From: Antedon mediterranea
Taxonomy: Eukaryota > Animalia > Echinodermata
Direction: 5' to 3'
NCBI RefSeq assembly: GCF_964355755.1
Contig: NC_092677.1
Coordinates: 21,315,175 to 21,379,174 of the forward strand
Length of the DNA: 64,000 nt
Shown here: piece by piece, positions 23,901 to 38,900 of the stretch
How positions within the stretch are numbered: the first letter of the stretch is position 1
Layout: each line of letters opens with the position of its first letter
The notes under the pieces: generated by a model
Told to the model about the DNA's origin: nothing
The model's input: the letters and a program-made list of their open reading frames with translations, nothing else
Database searches by the model: none
Position numbers and translations under genes: made by a program

Positions 23901-26900
23901 AGCATTTCGATAAAATTTTACACACAAAAACATCAAAGTGCACAAAATAGCTTAATATGGTATTTAAAAACGTTTTAGACCATTTTGAGCATTTCAACAA
24001 AACTTTTTCTCACAAAACATCAAAGTGTACAGAATAGCTTCAAATCGCATTTGGAGACGTTTTAGGCCATTTTGTGCATTTCGATGAAACTTGGTTACAC
24101 AAAAACATCAAAGTGCTTAAATTCACATTTTGAGCATTTCGTTAAAACTTTTCACACAAAAACATCAAAGTCCACAAAATAGCTTAATATCGTATTTAAA
24201 AACGTTTTAGACCATTTTGAGAATTTCGAAAAAACTTTTTCACACAAAACATCAAAGTTTACAAAATAGCTTCAAATCGCATTTGGAGACGTTTTAGACC
24301 ATTTTGTGATTTTCGAAAAAACTTGTTAACATAAAAACACCAAAGTGCTCAGAATACCTTCAAATCGCATTTGGAGACGTTTTAGACCATTTTGTGATTT
24401 TCGAAAAAACTTGTTAACATAAAAACACCAAAGTGCTTAGAAAAGCTTCAAATCGCATTTGGAGACGTTTTAGACCATTTTTTGCATTTCGATGAAACTT
24501 GGTTACACAAAAACATCAAAGTGCTTAAAATCACATTTTGAGCATTTCGTTAAAACTTTTCACACAAAAACATCAAAGTCCACAAAATAGCTTAATATCG
24601 TATTTAAAAACGTTTTAGACCATTTTGAGCATTTCGAAAAAACTTTTCCACACAAAACATCAAAGTTTACAAAATAGCTTCAAATCGCATTTGGAGACGT
24701 TTTAGACCATTTTGTGATTTTCGAAAAAACTTGTTAACATAAAAACACCAAAGTGCTCAGAAAACCTTCAAATCGCATTTGGAGACGTTTTAGACCATTT
24801 TGTGATTTTCGAAAAAACTTGTTAACATAAAAACACCAAAGTGCTTAGAAAAGCTTCAAATCGCATTTGGAGACGTTTTAGACCATTTTTTGCATTTCGA
24901 TGAAACTTGGTTACACAAAAACATCAAAGTGCTTAAAATCACATTTTGAGCATTTCGTTAAAACTTTTCACACAAAAACATCAAAGTCCACAAAATAGCT
25001 TAATATCGTATTTAAAAACGTTTTAGACCATTTTGAGCATTTCGAAAAAACTTTTCCACACAAAACATCAAAGTTTACAAAATAGCTTCAAATCGCATTT
25101 GGAGACGTTTTAGACCATTTTGTGATTTTCGAAAAAACTTGTTAACATAAAAACACCAAAGTGCTCAGAATACCTTCAAATCGTGTTTTGAGACGTTTTA
25201 GACCATTTTGTAATTTTCGAAAAAACTTGTTAACATAAAAACACCAAAGTGCTCAGAATACCTTCACATCGCATTTTGAGACGTTTTAGACCATTTTGTG
25301 ATTTTCGAAAAAACTTGTTAACATAAAAACACCAAAGTGCTTAGAAAAGCTTGAAATCGCATTTGGAGACGTTTTAGACCATTTTGTGCATTTCAATGAA
25401 ACTTGGTTACACAAAAACATCAAAGTGCTTAAAATCACATTAGAAACCGTTTTAGACCATTTTGAGCATTTCGTTAAAACTTTTCACACAAAAACATCAA
25501 AGTCCACAAAATAGCTTAATATCGTATTTAAAAACGTTTTAGACCATTTTGAGCATTTCGAAAAAACTTTTCCACACAAAACATCAAAGTTTACAAAATA
25601 GCTTCAAATCGCATTTGGAGACGTTTTAGACCATTTTGTGATTTTCGAAAAAACTTGTTAACATAAAAACACCAAAGTGCTCAGAATACCTTCAAATCGT
25701 ATTTTGAGACGTTTTAGACAATTTTGTGATTTTCAAAAAAACTTGTTAACATAAAAACACCAAAGTGCTTAGAAAAGCTTCATATCGCATTTGGAGACGT
25801 TTTAGACCATTTTGTGCATTTCGATGAAACTTGGTTACACAAAAACATCAAAGTGCTTAAAATCACATTTTGAGCATTTCGTTAAAACTTTTCACACAAA
25901 AACATCAAAGAGCAAAAAATAGCTTAATATCGTATTTAAAAACGTTTTAGACCATTTTGAGCATTTCGACAAAACTTTTTCACACAAAACATCAAAGTGT
26001 ACAAAATAGCTTCAAATCGCATTTGGAGACGTTTTAGACAATTTTGTGATTTTCGAAAAAACTTGTTTACATAAAAACACCAAAGTGCTAAGAATAGCTT
26101 CCAATCGCATTTGGAGACGTTTTAGACCCTTTTGTGCATTTCGATGAAACTTGGTTACACAAAAACATCAAAGTGTTAAAATCACATTAGAAACCGTTTT
26201 AGAACATTTTGAGCATTTCGTTAAAATTTTTCACAGAAAAACATCAAAGAGCAAAAAATAGCTTAATATCGTATTTAAAAACGTTTTAGACCATTTTGAG
26301 CATTTCGACAAAACTTTTTCACACAAAACAACAAAGTGTACAGAATAGCTTCAAATCGCATTTGGAGACGTTTTAACCCATTTTGAGCATTTCGATAAAA
26401 TTTTACACACAAAAACATCAAAGTGCACAAAATAGCTTAATATGGTATTTAAAAACGTTTTAGACCATTTTGAGCATTTCAACAAAACTTTTTCTCACAA
26501 AACATCAAAGTTTACAGAATAGCTTCAAATCGCATTTGGAGACGTTTTAGACCATTTTGTGCATTTCGATGAAACTTGGTTACACAAAAACATCAAAGTG
26601 CTTAAAATCACATTTTGAGCATTTCGTTAAAACTTTTCACACAAAAACATCAAAGTCCACAAAATAGCTTAATATCGTATTTAAAAACGTTTTAGACCAT
26701 TTTGAGCATTTCGAAAAAACTTTTCCACACAAAACATCAAAGTTTACAAAATAGCTTCAAATCGCATTTGGAGACGTTTTAGACCATTTTGTGATTTTCG
26801 AAAAAACTTGTTAACATAAAAACACCAAAGTGCTCAGAATACCTTCAAATCGCATTTGGAGACGTTTTAGACCCTTTTGTGCATTTCGATGAAACTTGGT

Positions 26901-29900
26901 TACACAAAAACATCAAAGTGCTTAAAATCACATTAGAAACCGTTTTAGACCATTTTGAGCATTTCGTTAAAATTTTTCACAGAAAAACATCAAAGAGCAA
27001 AAAATAGCTTAATATCGTATTTAAAAACGTTTTAGACCATTTTGAGCATTTCGACAAAACTTTTTCACACAAAACATCAAAGTGTACAGAATAGCTTCAA
27101 ATCGCATTTGGAGACGTTTTAACCCATTTTGAGCATTTCGATAAAATTGTACACACAAAAACATCAAAGTGCACAAAATAGCTTAATATGGTATTTAAAA
27201 ACGTTTTAGACCATTTTGAGCATTTCAACAAAACTTTTTCTCACAAAACATCAAAGTGTACAGAATAGCTTCAAATCGCATTTGGAGACGTTTTAGACCA
27301 TTTTGTGCATTTCGATGAAACTTGGTTACACAAAAACATCAAAGTGCTTAAAATCACATTTTGAGCATTTCGTTAAAACTTTTCACACAAAAACATCAAA
27401 GTCCACAAAATAGCTTAATATCGTATTTAAAAACGTTTTAGACCATTTTGAGCATTTCGAAAAAACTTTTCCACACAAAACATCAAAGTTTACAAAATAG
27501 CTTCAAATCGCATTTGGAGACGTTTTAGACCATTTTGTGATTTTCAAAAAAAACTTGTTAACATAAAAACACCAAAGTGCTCAGAATACCTTCAAATCGT
27601 GTTTTGAGACGTTTTAGACCATTTTGTAATTTTCGAAAAAACTTGTTAACATAAAAACACCAAAGTGCTCAGAATACCTTCACATCGCATTTTGAGACGT
27701 TTTAGACCATTTTGTGATTTTCGAAAAAACTTGTTAACATAAAAACACCAAAGTGCTTAGAAAAGCTTGAAATCGCATTTGGAGACGTTTTAGACCATTT
27801 TGTGCATTACGATGAAACTTGGTTAAAGTGCTTAAAATCACATTTTGAGCATTTCGTTAAAACTTTTCACACAAAAACATCAAAGAGTAAAAAATAGCTT
27901 AATATCGTTTTTAAAAACGTTTTAGACCATTTTGAGCATTTCGACAAAATTTTTTCACACAAAACATCAAAGTGTACAGAATAGCTTTAAATCGCATTTG
28001 GAGACGTTTTAGACCATTTTGTTCATTTCGATGAAACAAAAACACAAAAACATCAAATTGCACAAAATGGCTTAATATGATATGGGAAAACGTTTTAGAC
28101 CATTTTGAACATTTCGTTAAAAGTTTTCACAAAAAAACATCAAAGTCCACAAAATAGCTTAATATCGTATTTAAAAACGTTTTAGACCATTTTGAGCATT
28201 TCGAAAAAACTTTTTCACACAAAACATCAAAGTTTACAAAATAGCTTCAAATCGCATTTGGAGACGTTTTAGACCATTTTGTGATTTTCGAAAAAACTTG
28301 TTAACATAAAAACACCAAAGTGCTCAGAATACCTTCAAATCGCATTTTGAGACGTTTTAGACCATTTTGTGATTTTCGAAAAAACTTGTTAACATAAAAA
28401 CACCAAAGTGCTCAGAATACCTTCAAATCGTGTTTTGAGACGTTTTAGACCATTTTGTGATTTTGGAAAAACTTGTTAACATAAAAACACCAAAGTGCTC
28501 AGAATACCTTCAAATCGCATTTGGAGACGTTTTAGACCATTTTGTGATTTTCGAAAAAACTTGTTAACATAAAAACACCAAAGTGCTCAGAAAAGCTTCA
28601 AATCGCAATTGGAGACGTTTTAAACCATTTTGTTCATTTCGATGAAACTTGGTTACACAAAAACATCAAATTGCACAAAATGGCTTTATATGGTATGGGA
28701 AAACGTTTTAGACCATTTTGAACATTTCGAGAAAACTTTTTCACACAAAACTTCAAAGTGTACAGAATAGCTTCAAATCGCATTAGAAACCGTTTTAGAC
28801 CATTTTGAGCATTTCGAAAAAACTTTTTCACACAAAACATCAAAGTTTACAAAATAGCTTCAAATCGCATTTGGAGACGTTTTAGACCATTTTGTGATTT
28901 TCGAAAAAACTTGTTAACATAAAAACACCAAAGTGCTCAGAATACCTTCAAATCGCATTTTGAGACGTTTTAGACCATTTTGTGATTTTCGAAAAAACTT
29001 GTTAACATAAAAATACCAAAGTGCTCAGAATACCTTCAAATCGTGTTTTGAGACGTTTTAGACCATTTTGTGATTTTCGAAAAAACTTGTTAACATAAAA
29101 ACACCAAAGTGCTCAGAATACCTTCAAATCGCATTTGGAGACGTTTTAGACCATTTTGTGATTTTCGAAAAAACTTGTTAACATAAAAACACCAAAGTGC
29201 TCAGAAAAGCTTCAAATCGCATTTGGAGACGTTTTAAACCATTTTGTTCATTTCGATGAAACTTGGTTACACAAAAATATCAAAGAGCACAAAAGTATTT
29301 AAAAACGTTTTAGACCATTTTGAGCATTCCGACAAAACTTTTTCACACAAAACATCAAAGTGTACAGAATAGCTTTAAATCGCATTTGGAGACGTTTTAG
29401 ACCATTTTGTAGTTTTCGAAAAAACTTGTTAACATAAAAACACAAAAGAGCTTCAAATCGCATTTGGAGACGTTTTAGACCCTTTTGTGCATTTCAATGA
29501 AACTTGGTTACACAAAAACATCAAAGTGCTTAAAATCACATTAGAAACCGTTTTAGACCATTTTGAGCATTTCGTTAAAACTTTTCACACAAAAACATCA
29601 AAGTCCACAAAAAAGCTTAATATCGTATTCAAAAACGTTTTAGACCATTTTGAGCATTTCGAAAAAACTTTTCCACACGAAACATCAAAGTTTACAAAAT
29701 AGCTTCAAATCGCATTTGGAGACGTTTTAGACCATTTTGTGATTTTCGAAAAAACTTGATAACATAAAAACACCAAAGTGCTCAGAATACCTTCAAATCG
29801 TGTTTTGAGACGTTTTAGACCATTTTGTAATTTTCGAAAAAACTTGTTAACATAAAAACACCAAAGTGCTCAGAATACCTTCACATCGAATTTTGAGACG

Positions 29901-32900
29901 TTTTAGACCATTTTGTGATTTTCGAAAAAACTTGTTAACATAAAAACACCAAAGTGCTTAGAAAAGCTTGAAATCGCATTTGGAGACGTTTTAGACCATT
30001 TTGTGCATTTCGATGAAACTTGGTTACACAAAAACATCAAAGTGCTTAAAATCACATTTTGAGCATTTCGTTAAAACTTTTCACACAAAAACATCAAAGT
30101 CCACAAAATAGCTTAATATCGTATTTAAAAACGTTTTAGACCATTTTGAGCATTTCGAAAAAACTTTTCCACACAAAACATCAAAGTTTACAAAATAGCT
30201 TTAAATCGCATTTGGAGACGTTTTAGACCATTTTGTTCATTTCGATGAAACAAAAACACAAAAACATCAAATTGCACAAAATGGCTTAATATGATATGGG
30301 AAAACGTTTTAGACCATTTTGAACATTTCGTTAAAAGTTTTCACAAAAAAACATCAAAGTCCACAAAATAGCTTAATATCGTATTTAAAAACGTTTTAGG
30401 CCATTTTGAGCATTTCGAAAAAACTTTTTCACACAAAACATCAAAGTTTACAAAATAGCTTCAAATCGCATTTGGAGACGTTTTAGACCATTTTGTGATT
30501 TTCGAAAAAACTTGTTAACATAAAAACACCAAAGTGCTCAGAATACCTTCAAATCGCATTTTGAGACGTTTTAGACCATTTTGTGATTTTCGAAAAAACT
30601 TGTTAACATAAAAACACCAAAGTGCTCAGAATACCTTCAAATCGTGTTTTGAGACGTTTTAGACCATTTTGTGATTTTGGAAAAACTTGTTAACATAAAA
30701 ACACCAAAGTGCTCAGAATACCTTCAAATCGCATTTGGAGACGTTTTAGACCATTTTGTGATTTTCGAAAAAACTTGTTAACATAAAAACACCAAAGTGC
30801 TCAGAAAAGCTTCAAATCGCAATTGGAGACGTTTTAAACCATTTTGTTCATTTCGATGAAACTTGGTTACACAAAAACATCAAATTGCACAAAATGGCTT
30901 AATATAGTATGGGAAAACGTTTTAGACCATTTTGAACATTTCGAGAAAACTTTTTCACACAAAACTTCAAAGTGTACAGAATAGCTTCAAATCGCATTAG
31001 AAACCGTTTTAGACCATTTTGAGCATTTCGAAAAAACTTTTTCACACAAAACATCAAAGTTTACAAAATAGCTTCAAATCGCATTTGGAGACGTTTTAGA
31101 CCATTTTGTGATTTTCGAAAAAACTTGTTAACATAAAAACACCAAAGTGCTCAGAATACCTTCAAATCGCATTTTGAGACGTTTTAGACCATTTTGTGAT
31201 TTTCGAAAAAACTTGTTAACATAAAAATACCAAAGTGCTCAGAATACCTTCAAATCGTGTTTTGAGACGTTTTAGACCATTTTGTGATTTTCGAAAAAAC
31301 TTAACATAAAAACACCAAAGTGCTCAGAATACCTTCAAATCGCATTTGGAGTCGTTTTAGACCATTTTGTGATTTTGGAAAAAACTTGTTAACATAAAAA
31401 CACCAAAGTGCTTAGAAAAGCTTCAAATCGCATTTGGAGACGTTTTAGACCCTTTTGTGCATTTCGATGAAACTTGGTTACACAAAAACATCAAAGTGCT
31501 TAAAATCACAGTAGAAACCGTTTTAGACCATTTTGAGCATTTCGTTAAAATTTTTCACAGAAAAACATCAAAGAGCAAAAAATAGCTTAATATCGTATTT
31601 AAAAACGTTTTAGACCATTTTGAGCATTTCGACAAAACTTTTTCACACAAAACATCAAAGTGTACAGATAAGCTTCAAATCGCATTTGGAGACGTTTTAA
31701 ACCATTTTGAGCATTTCGATAAAATTTTACACACAAAAACATCAAAGTGCACAAAATAGCTTAATATGGTATTTAAAAACGTTTTAGACCATTTTGAGCA
31801 TTTCAACAAAACTTTTTCTCACAAAACATCAAAGTGTACAGAATAGCTTCAAATCGCATTTGGAGACGTTTTAGACCATTTTGTGCATTTCGATGAAACT
31901 TGGTTACACAAAAACATCAAAGTGCTTAAAATCACATTTTGAGCATTTCGTTAAAACTTTTCACACAAAAACATCAAAGTCCACAAAATAGCTTAATATC
32001 TTATTTAAAAACGTTTTAGACCATTTTGAGCATTTCGAAAAAACTTTTTCACACAAAACATCAAAGTTTACAAAATAGCTTCAAATCGCATTTGGAGACG
32101 TTTTAGACCATTTTGTGATTTTCGAAAAAACTTGTTAACATAAAAACACCAAAGTGCTCAGAATACCTTCAAATCGCATTTGGAGACGTTTTAGACCATT
32201 TTGTGATTTTCGAAAAAACTTGTTAACATAAAAACACCAAAGTGCTTAGAAAAGCTTCAAATCGCATTTGGAGATGTTTTAGACCATTTTGTGCATTTCG
32301 ATGAAACTTGGTTAAACAAAAACATCAAAGTGCTTAAAATCACATTTTGAGCATTTCGTTAAAACTTTTCACACAAAAACATCAAAGTCCACAAAATAGC
32401 TTAATATCGTATTTAAAAACGTTTTAGACCATTTTGAGCATTTCGAAAAAACTTTTCCACACAAAACATCAAAGTTTACAAAATAGCTTCAAATCGCATT
32501 TGGAGACGTTTTAGACCATTTTGTGATTTTCGAAAAAACTTGTTAACATAAAAACACCAAAGTGCTCAGAATACCTTCAAATCGTGTTTTGAGACGTTTT
32601 AGACCATTTTGTAATTTTCGAAAAAACTTGTTAACATAAAAACACCAAAGTGCTCAGAATACCTTCACATCGCATTTTGAGACGTTTTAGACCATTTTGT
32701 GATTTTCGAAAAAACTTGTTAACATAAAAACACCAAAGTGCTTAGAAAAGCTTGAAATCGCATTTGGAGACGTTTTAGACCATTTTGTGCATTTCGATGA
32801 AACTTGGTTACACAAAAACATCAAAGTGCTTAAAATCACATTTTGAGCATTTCGTTAAAACTTTTCACACAAAAACATCAAAGAGTAATAAATAGCTTAA

Positions 32901-35900
32901 TATCGTATTTAAAAACGTTTTAGACCATTTTGAGCATTTCGACAAAATTTTTTCAAACAAAACATCAAAGTGTACAGAATAGCTTTAAATCGCATTTGGA
33001 GACGTTTTAGACCATTTTGTTCATTTCGATGAAACAAAAACACAAAAACATCAAATTGCACAAAATGGCTTAATAAGATATGGGAAAACGTTTTAGACCA
33101 TTTTGAACATTTCGTTAAAAGTTTTCACACAAAAACATCAAAGTCCACAAAATAGCTTAATATCGTATTTAAAAACGTTTTAGACCATTTTGAGCATTTC
33201 GAAAAAACTTTTTCACACAAAACATCAAAGTTTACAAAATAGCTTCAAATCGCATTTGGAGACGTTTTAGACCATTTTGTGATTTTCGAAAAAACTTGTT
33301 AACATAAAAACACCAAAGTGCTCAGAATACCTTCAAATCGCATTTTGAGACGTTTTAGACCATTTTGTGATTTTCGAAAAAACTTGTTAACATAAAAACA
33401 CCAAAGTGCTCAGAATACCTTCAAATCGCATTTGGAGACGTTTTAGACCATTTTGTGATTTTCGTAAAAACTTGTTAACATAAAAACACCAAAGTGCTTA
33501 GAAAAGTTTCAAATCGCATTTGGAGACGTTTTAGACCATTTTGTTCATTTCGATGAAACTTGGTTACTCAAAAACATCAAATTGCACAAAATGGCTTAAT
33601 ATGGTATGGGAAAACGTTTTAGACCATTTTGAACAATTCGAGAAAACTTTTTCACACAAAACTTCAAAGTGTACAGAATAGCTTCAAATCGCATTAGAAA
33701 CCGTTTTAGACCATTTTGAGCATTTCGAAAAAACTTTTTCACACAAAACATCAAAGTTTACAAAATAGCTTCAAATCACATTTGGAGACGTTTTAGACCA
33801 TTTTGTGATTTTCAAAAAAACTTGTTAACATAAAAACACCAAAGTGCTCAGAATACCTTCAAATCGCATTTTGAGACGTTTTAGACCATTTTGTGATTTT
33901 CGGAAAAACTTGTTCAACATAAAAACACCAAAGTGCTCAGAATACCTTCAAATCGTATTTTGAGACGTTTTAGACAATTTTGTGATTTTCGAAAAAACTT
34001 GTTAACATAAAAACACCAAAGTGCTTAGAAAAGCTTCAAATCGCATTTGGAGACGTTTTAGACCATTTTGTGCATTTCGATGAAACTTGGTTACACAAAA
34101 ACATCAAAGTGTACAGAATAGCTTCAAATCGCATTAGAAACCGTTTTAGACCTTTTTGAGCATTTCGAAAAAACTTTTTCACACAAAACATCAAAGTGTA
34201 CAAAATAGCTTCAAATCGCATTTGGAGACGTTTTAGACAATTTTGTGATTTTCGAAAAAACTTGTTTACATAAAAACACCAAAGTGCTCAGAATAGCTTC
34301 CAATCGCATTTTGAGACGTTTTAGACCCTTTTGTGCATTTCGATGAAACTTGGTTACACAAAAACATCAAAGTGCTTAAAATCACAGTAGAAACCGTTTT
34401 AGACCATTTTGAGCATTTCGTTAAAATTTTTCACAGAAAAACATCAAAGAGCAAAAAATAGCTTAATATCGTATTTAAAAACGTTTTAGACCATTTTGAG
34501 CATTTCGACAAAACTTTTTCACACAAAACATCAAAGTGTACAGATAAGCTTCAAATCGCATTTGGAGACGTTTTAAACCATTTTGAGCATTTCGATAAAA
34601 TTTTACACACAAAAACATCAAAGTGCACAAAATAGCTTAATATGGTATTTAAAAACGTTTTAGACCATTTTGAGCATTTCAACAAAACTTTTTCTCACAA
34701 AACATCAAAGTGTACAGAATAGCTTCAAATCGCATTTGGAGACGTTTTAGACCATTTTGTGCATTTCGATGAAACTTGGTTACACAAAAACATCAAAGTG
34801 CTTAAATTCACATTTTGAGCATTTCGTTAAAACTTTTCACACAAAAACATCAAAGTCCACAAAATAGCTTAATATCGTATTTAAAAACGTTTTAGACCAT
34901 TTTGAGAATTTCGAAAAAACTTTTTCACACAAAACATCAAAGTTTACAAAATAGCTTCAAATCGCATTTGGAGACGTTTTAGACCATTTTGTGATTTTCG
35001 AAAAAACTTGTTAACATAAAAACACCAAAGTGCTCAGAATACCTTCAAATCGCATTTGGAGACGTTTTAGACCATTTTGTGATTTTCGAAAAAACTTGTT
35101 AACATAAAAACACCAAAGTGCTTAGAAAAGCTTCAAATCGCATTTGGAGACGTTTTAGACCATTTTTTGCATTTCGATGAAACTTGGTTACACAAAAACA
35201 TCAAAGTGCTTAAAATCACATTTTGAGCATTTCGTTAAAACTTTTCACACAAAAACATCAAAGTCCACAAAATAGCTTAATATCGTATTTAAAAACGTTT
35301 TAGACCATTTTGAGCATTTCGAAAAAACTTTTCCACACAAAACATCAAAGTTTACAAAATAGCTTCAAATCGCATTTGGAGACGTTTTAGACCATTTTGT
35401 GATTTTCGAAAAAACTTGTTAACATAAAAACACCAAAGTGCTCAGAAAACCTTCAAATCGCATTTGGAGACGTTTTAGACCATTTTGTGATTTTCGAAAA
35501 AACTTGTTAACATAAAAACACCAAAGTGCTTAGAAAAGCTTCAAATCGCATTTGGAGACGTTTTAGACCATTTTTTGCATTTCGATGAAACTTGGTTACA
35601 CAAAAACATCAAAGTGCTTAAAATCACATTTTGAGCATTTCGTTAAAACTTTTCACACAAAAACATCAAAGTCCACAAAATAGCTTAATATCGTATTTAA
35701 AAACGTTTTAGACCATTTTGAGCATTTCGAAAAAACTTTTCCACACAAAACATCAAAGTTTACAAAATAGCTTCAAATCGCATTTGGAGACGTTTTAGAC
35801 CATTTTGTGATTTTCGAAAAAACTTGTTAACATAAAAACACCAAAGTGCTCAGAATACCTTCAAATCGTGTTTTGAGACGTTTTAGACCATTTTGTAATT

Positions 35901-38900
35901 TTCGAAAAAACTTGTTAACATAAAAACACCAAAGTGCTCAGAATACCTTCACATCGCATTTTGAGACGTTTTAGACCATTTTGTGATTTTCGAAAAAACT
36001 TGTTAACATAAAAACACCAAAGTGCTTAGAAAAGCTTGAAATCGCATTTGGAGACGTTTTAGACCATTTTGTGCATTTCGATGAAACTTGGTTACACAAA
36101 AACATCAAAGTGCTTAAAATCACATTAGAAACCGTTTTAGACCATTTTGAGCATTTCGTTAAAACTTTTCACACAAAAACATCAAAGTCCACAAAATAGC
36201 TTAATATCGTATTTAAAAACGTTTTAGACCATTTTGAGCATTTCGAAAAAACTTTTCCACACAAAACATCAAAGTTTACAAAATAGCTTCAAATCGCATT
36301 TGGAGACGTTTTAGACCATTTTGTGATTTTCGAAAAAACTTGTTAACATAAAAACACCAAAGTGCTCAGAATACCTTCAAATCGTATTTTGAGACGTTTT
36401 AGACAATTTTGTGATTTTCAAAAAAACTTGTTAACATAAAAACACCAAAGTGCTTAGAAAAGCTTCATATCGCATTTGGAGACGTTTTAGACCATTTTGT
36501 GCATTTCGATGAAACTTGGTTACACAAAAACATCAAAGTGCTTAAAATCACATTTTGAGCATTTCGTTAAAACTTTTCACACAAAAACATCAAAGAGCAA
36601 AAAATAGCTTAATATCGTATTTAAAAACGTTTTAGACCATTTTGAGCATTTCGACAAAACTTTTTCACACAAAACATCAAAGTGTACAAAATAGCTTCAA
36701 ATCGCATTTGGAGACGTTTTAGACAATTTTGTGATTTTCGAAAAAACTTGTTTACATAAAAACACCAAAGTGCTAAGAATAGCTTCCAATCGCATTTGGA
36801 GACGTTTTAGACCCTTTTGTGCATTTCGATGAAACTTGGTTACACAAAAACATCAAAGTGCTTAAAATCACATTAGAAACCGTTTTAGAACATTTTGAGC
36901 ATTTCGTTAAAATTTTTCACAGAAAAACATCAAAGAGCAAAAAATAGCTTAATATCGTATTTAAAAACGTTTTAGACCATTTTGAGCATTTCGACAAAAC
37001 TTTTTCACACAAAACAACAAAGTGTACAGAATAGCTTCAAATCGCATTTGGAGACGTTTTAACCCATTTTGAGCATTTCGATAAAATTTTACACACAAAA
37101 ACATCAAAGTGCACAAAATAGCTTAATATGGTATTTAAAAACGTTTTAGACCATTTTGAGCATTTCAACAAAACTTTTTCTCACAAAACATCAAAGTTTA
37201 CAGAATAGCTTCAAATCGCATTTGGAGACGTTTTAGACCATTTTGTGCATTTCGATGAAACTTGGTTACACAAAAACATCAAAGTGCTTAAAATCACATT
37301 TTGAGCATTTCGTTAAAACTTTTCACACAAAAACATCAAAGTCCACAAAATAGCTTAATATCGTATTTAAAAACGTTTTAGACCATTTTGAGCATTTCGA
37401 AAAAACTTTTCCACACAAAACATCAAAGTTTACAAAATAGCTTCAAATCGCATTTGGAGACGTTTTAGACCATTTTGTGATTTTCGAAAAAACTTGTTAA
37501 CATAAAAACACCAAAGTGCTCAGAATACCTTCAAATCGCATTTGGAGACGTTTTAGACCCTTTTGTGCATTTCGATGAAACTTGGTTACACAAAAACATC
37601 AAAGTGCTTAAAATCACATTAGAAACCGTTTTAGACCATTTTGAGCATTTCGTTAAAATTTTTCACAGAAAAACATCAAAGAGCAAAAAATAGCTTAATA
37701 TCGTATTTAAAAACGTTTTAGACCATTTTGAGCATTTCGACAAAACTTTTTCACACAAAACATCAAAGTGTACAGAATAGCTTCAAATCGCATTTGGAGA
37801 CGTTTTAACCCATTTTGAGCATTTCGATAAAATTGTACACACAAAAACATCAAAGTGCACAAAATAGCTTAATATGGTATTTAAAAACGTTTTAGACCAT
37901 TTTGAGCATTTCAACAAAACTTTTTCTCACAAAACATCAAAGTGTACAGAATAGCTTCAAATCGCATTTGGAGACGTTTTAGACCATTTTGTGCATTTCG
38001 ATGAAACTTGGTTACACAAAAACATCAAAGTGCTTAAAATCACATTTTGAGCATTTCGTTAAAACTTTTCACACAAAAACATCAAAGTCCACAAAATAGC
38101 TTAATATCGTATTTAAAAACGTTTTAGACCATTTTGAGCATTTCGAAAAAACTTTTCCACACAAAACATCAAAGTTTACAAAATAGCTTCAAATCGCATT
38201 TGGAGACGTTTTAGACCATTTTGTGATTTTCAAAAAAAACTTGTTAACATAAAAACACCAAAGTGCTCAGAATACCTTCAAATCGTGTTTTGAGACGTTT
38301 TAGACCATTTTGTAATTTTCGAAAAAACTTGTTAACATAAAAACACCAAAGTGCTCAGAATACCTTCACATCGCATTTTGAGACGTTTTAGACCATTTTG
38401 TGATTTTCGAAAAAACTTGTTAACATAAAAACACCAAAGTGCTTAGAAAAGCTTGAAATCGCATTTGGAGACGTTTTAGACCATTTTGTGCATTACGATG
38501 AAACTTGGTTAAAGTGCTTAAAATCACATTTTGAGCATTTCGTTAAAACTTTTCACACAAAAACATCAAAGAGTAAAAAATAGCTTAATATCGTTTTTAA
38601 AAACGTTTTAGACCATTTTGAGCATTTCGACAAAATTTTTTCACACAAAACATCAAAGTGTACAGAATAGCTTTAAATCGCATTTGGAGACGTTTTAGAC
38701 CATTTTGTTCATTTCGATGAAACAAAAACACAAAAACATCAAATTGCACAAAATGGCTTAATATGATATGGGAAAACGTTTTAGACCATTTTGAACATTT
38801 CGTTAAAAGTTTTCACAAAAAAACATCAAAGTCCACAAAATAGCTTAATATCGTATTTAAAAACGTTTTAGACCATTTTGAGCATTTCGAAAAAACTTTT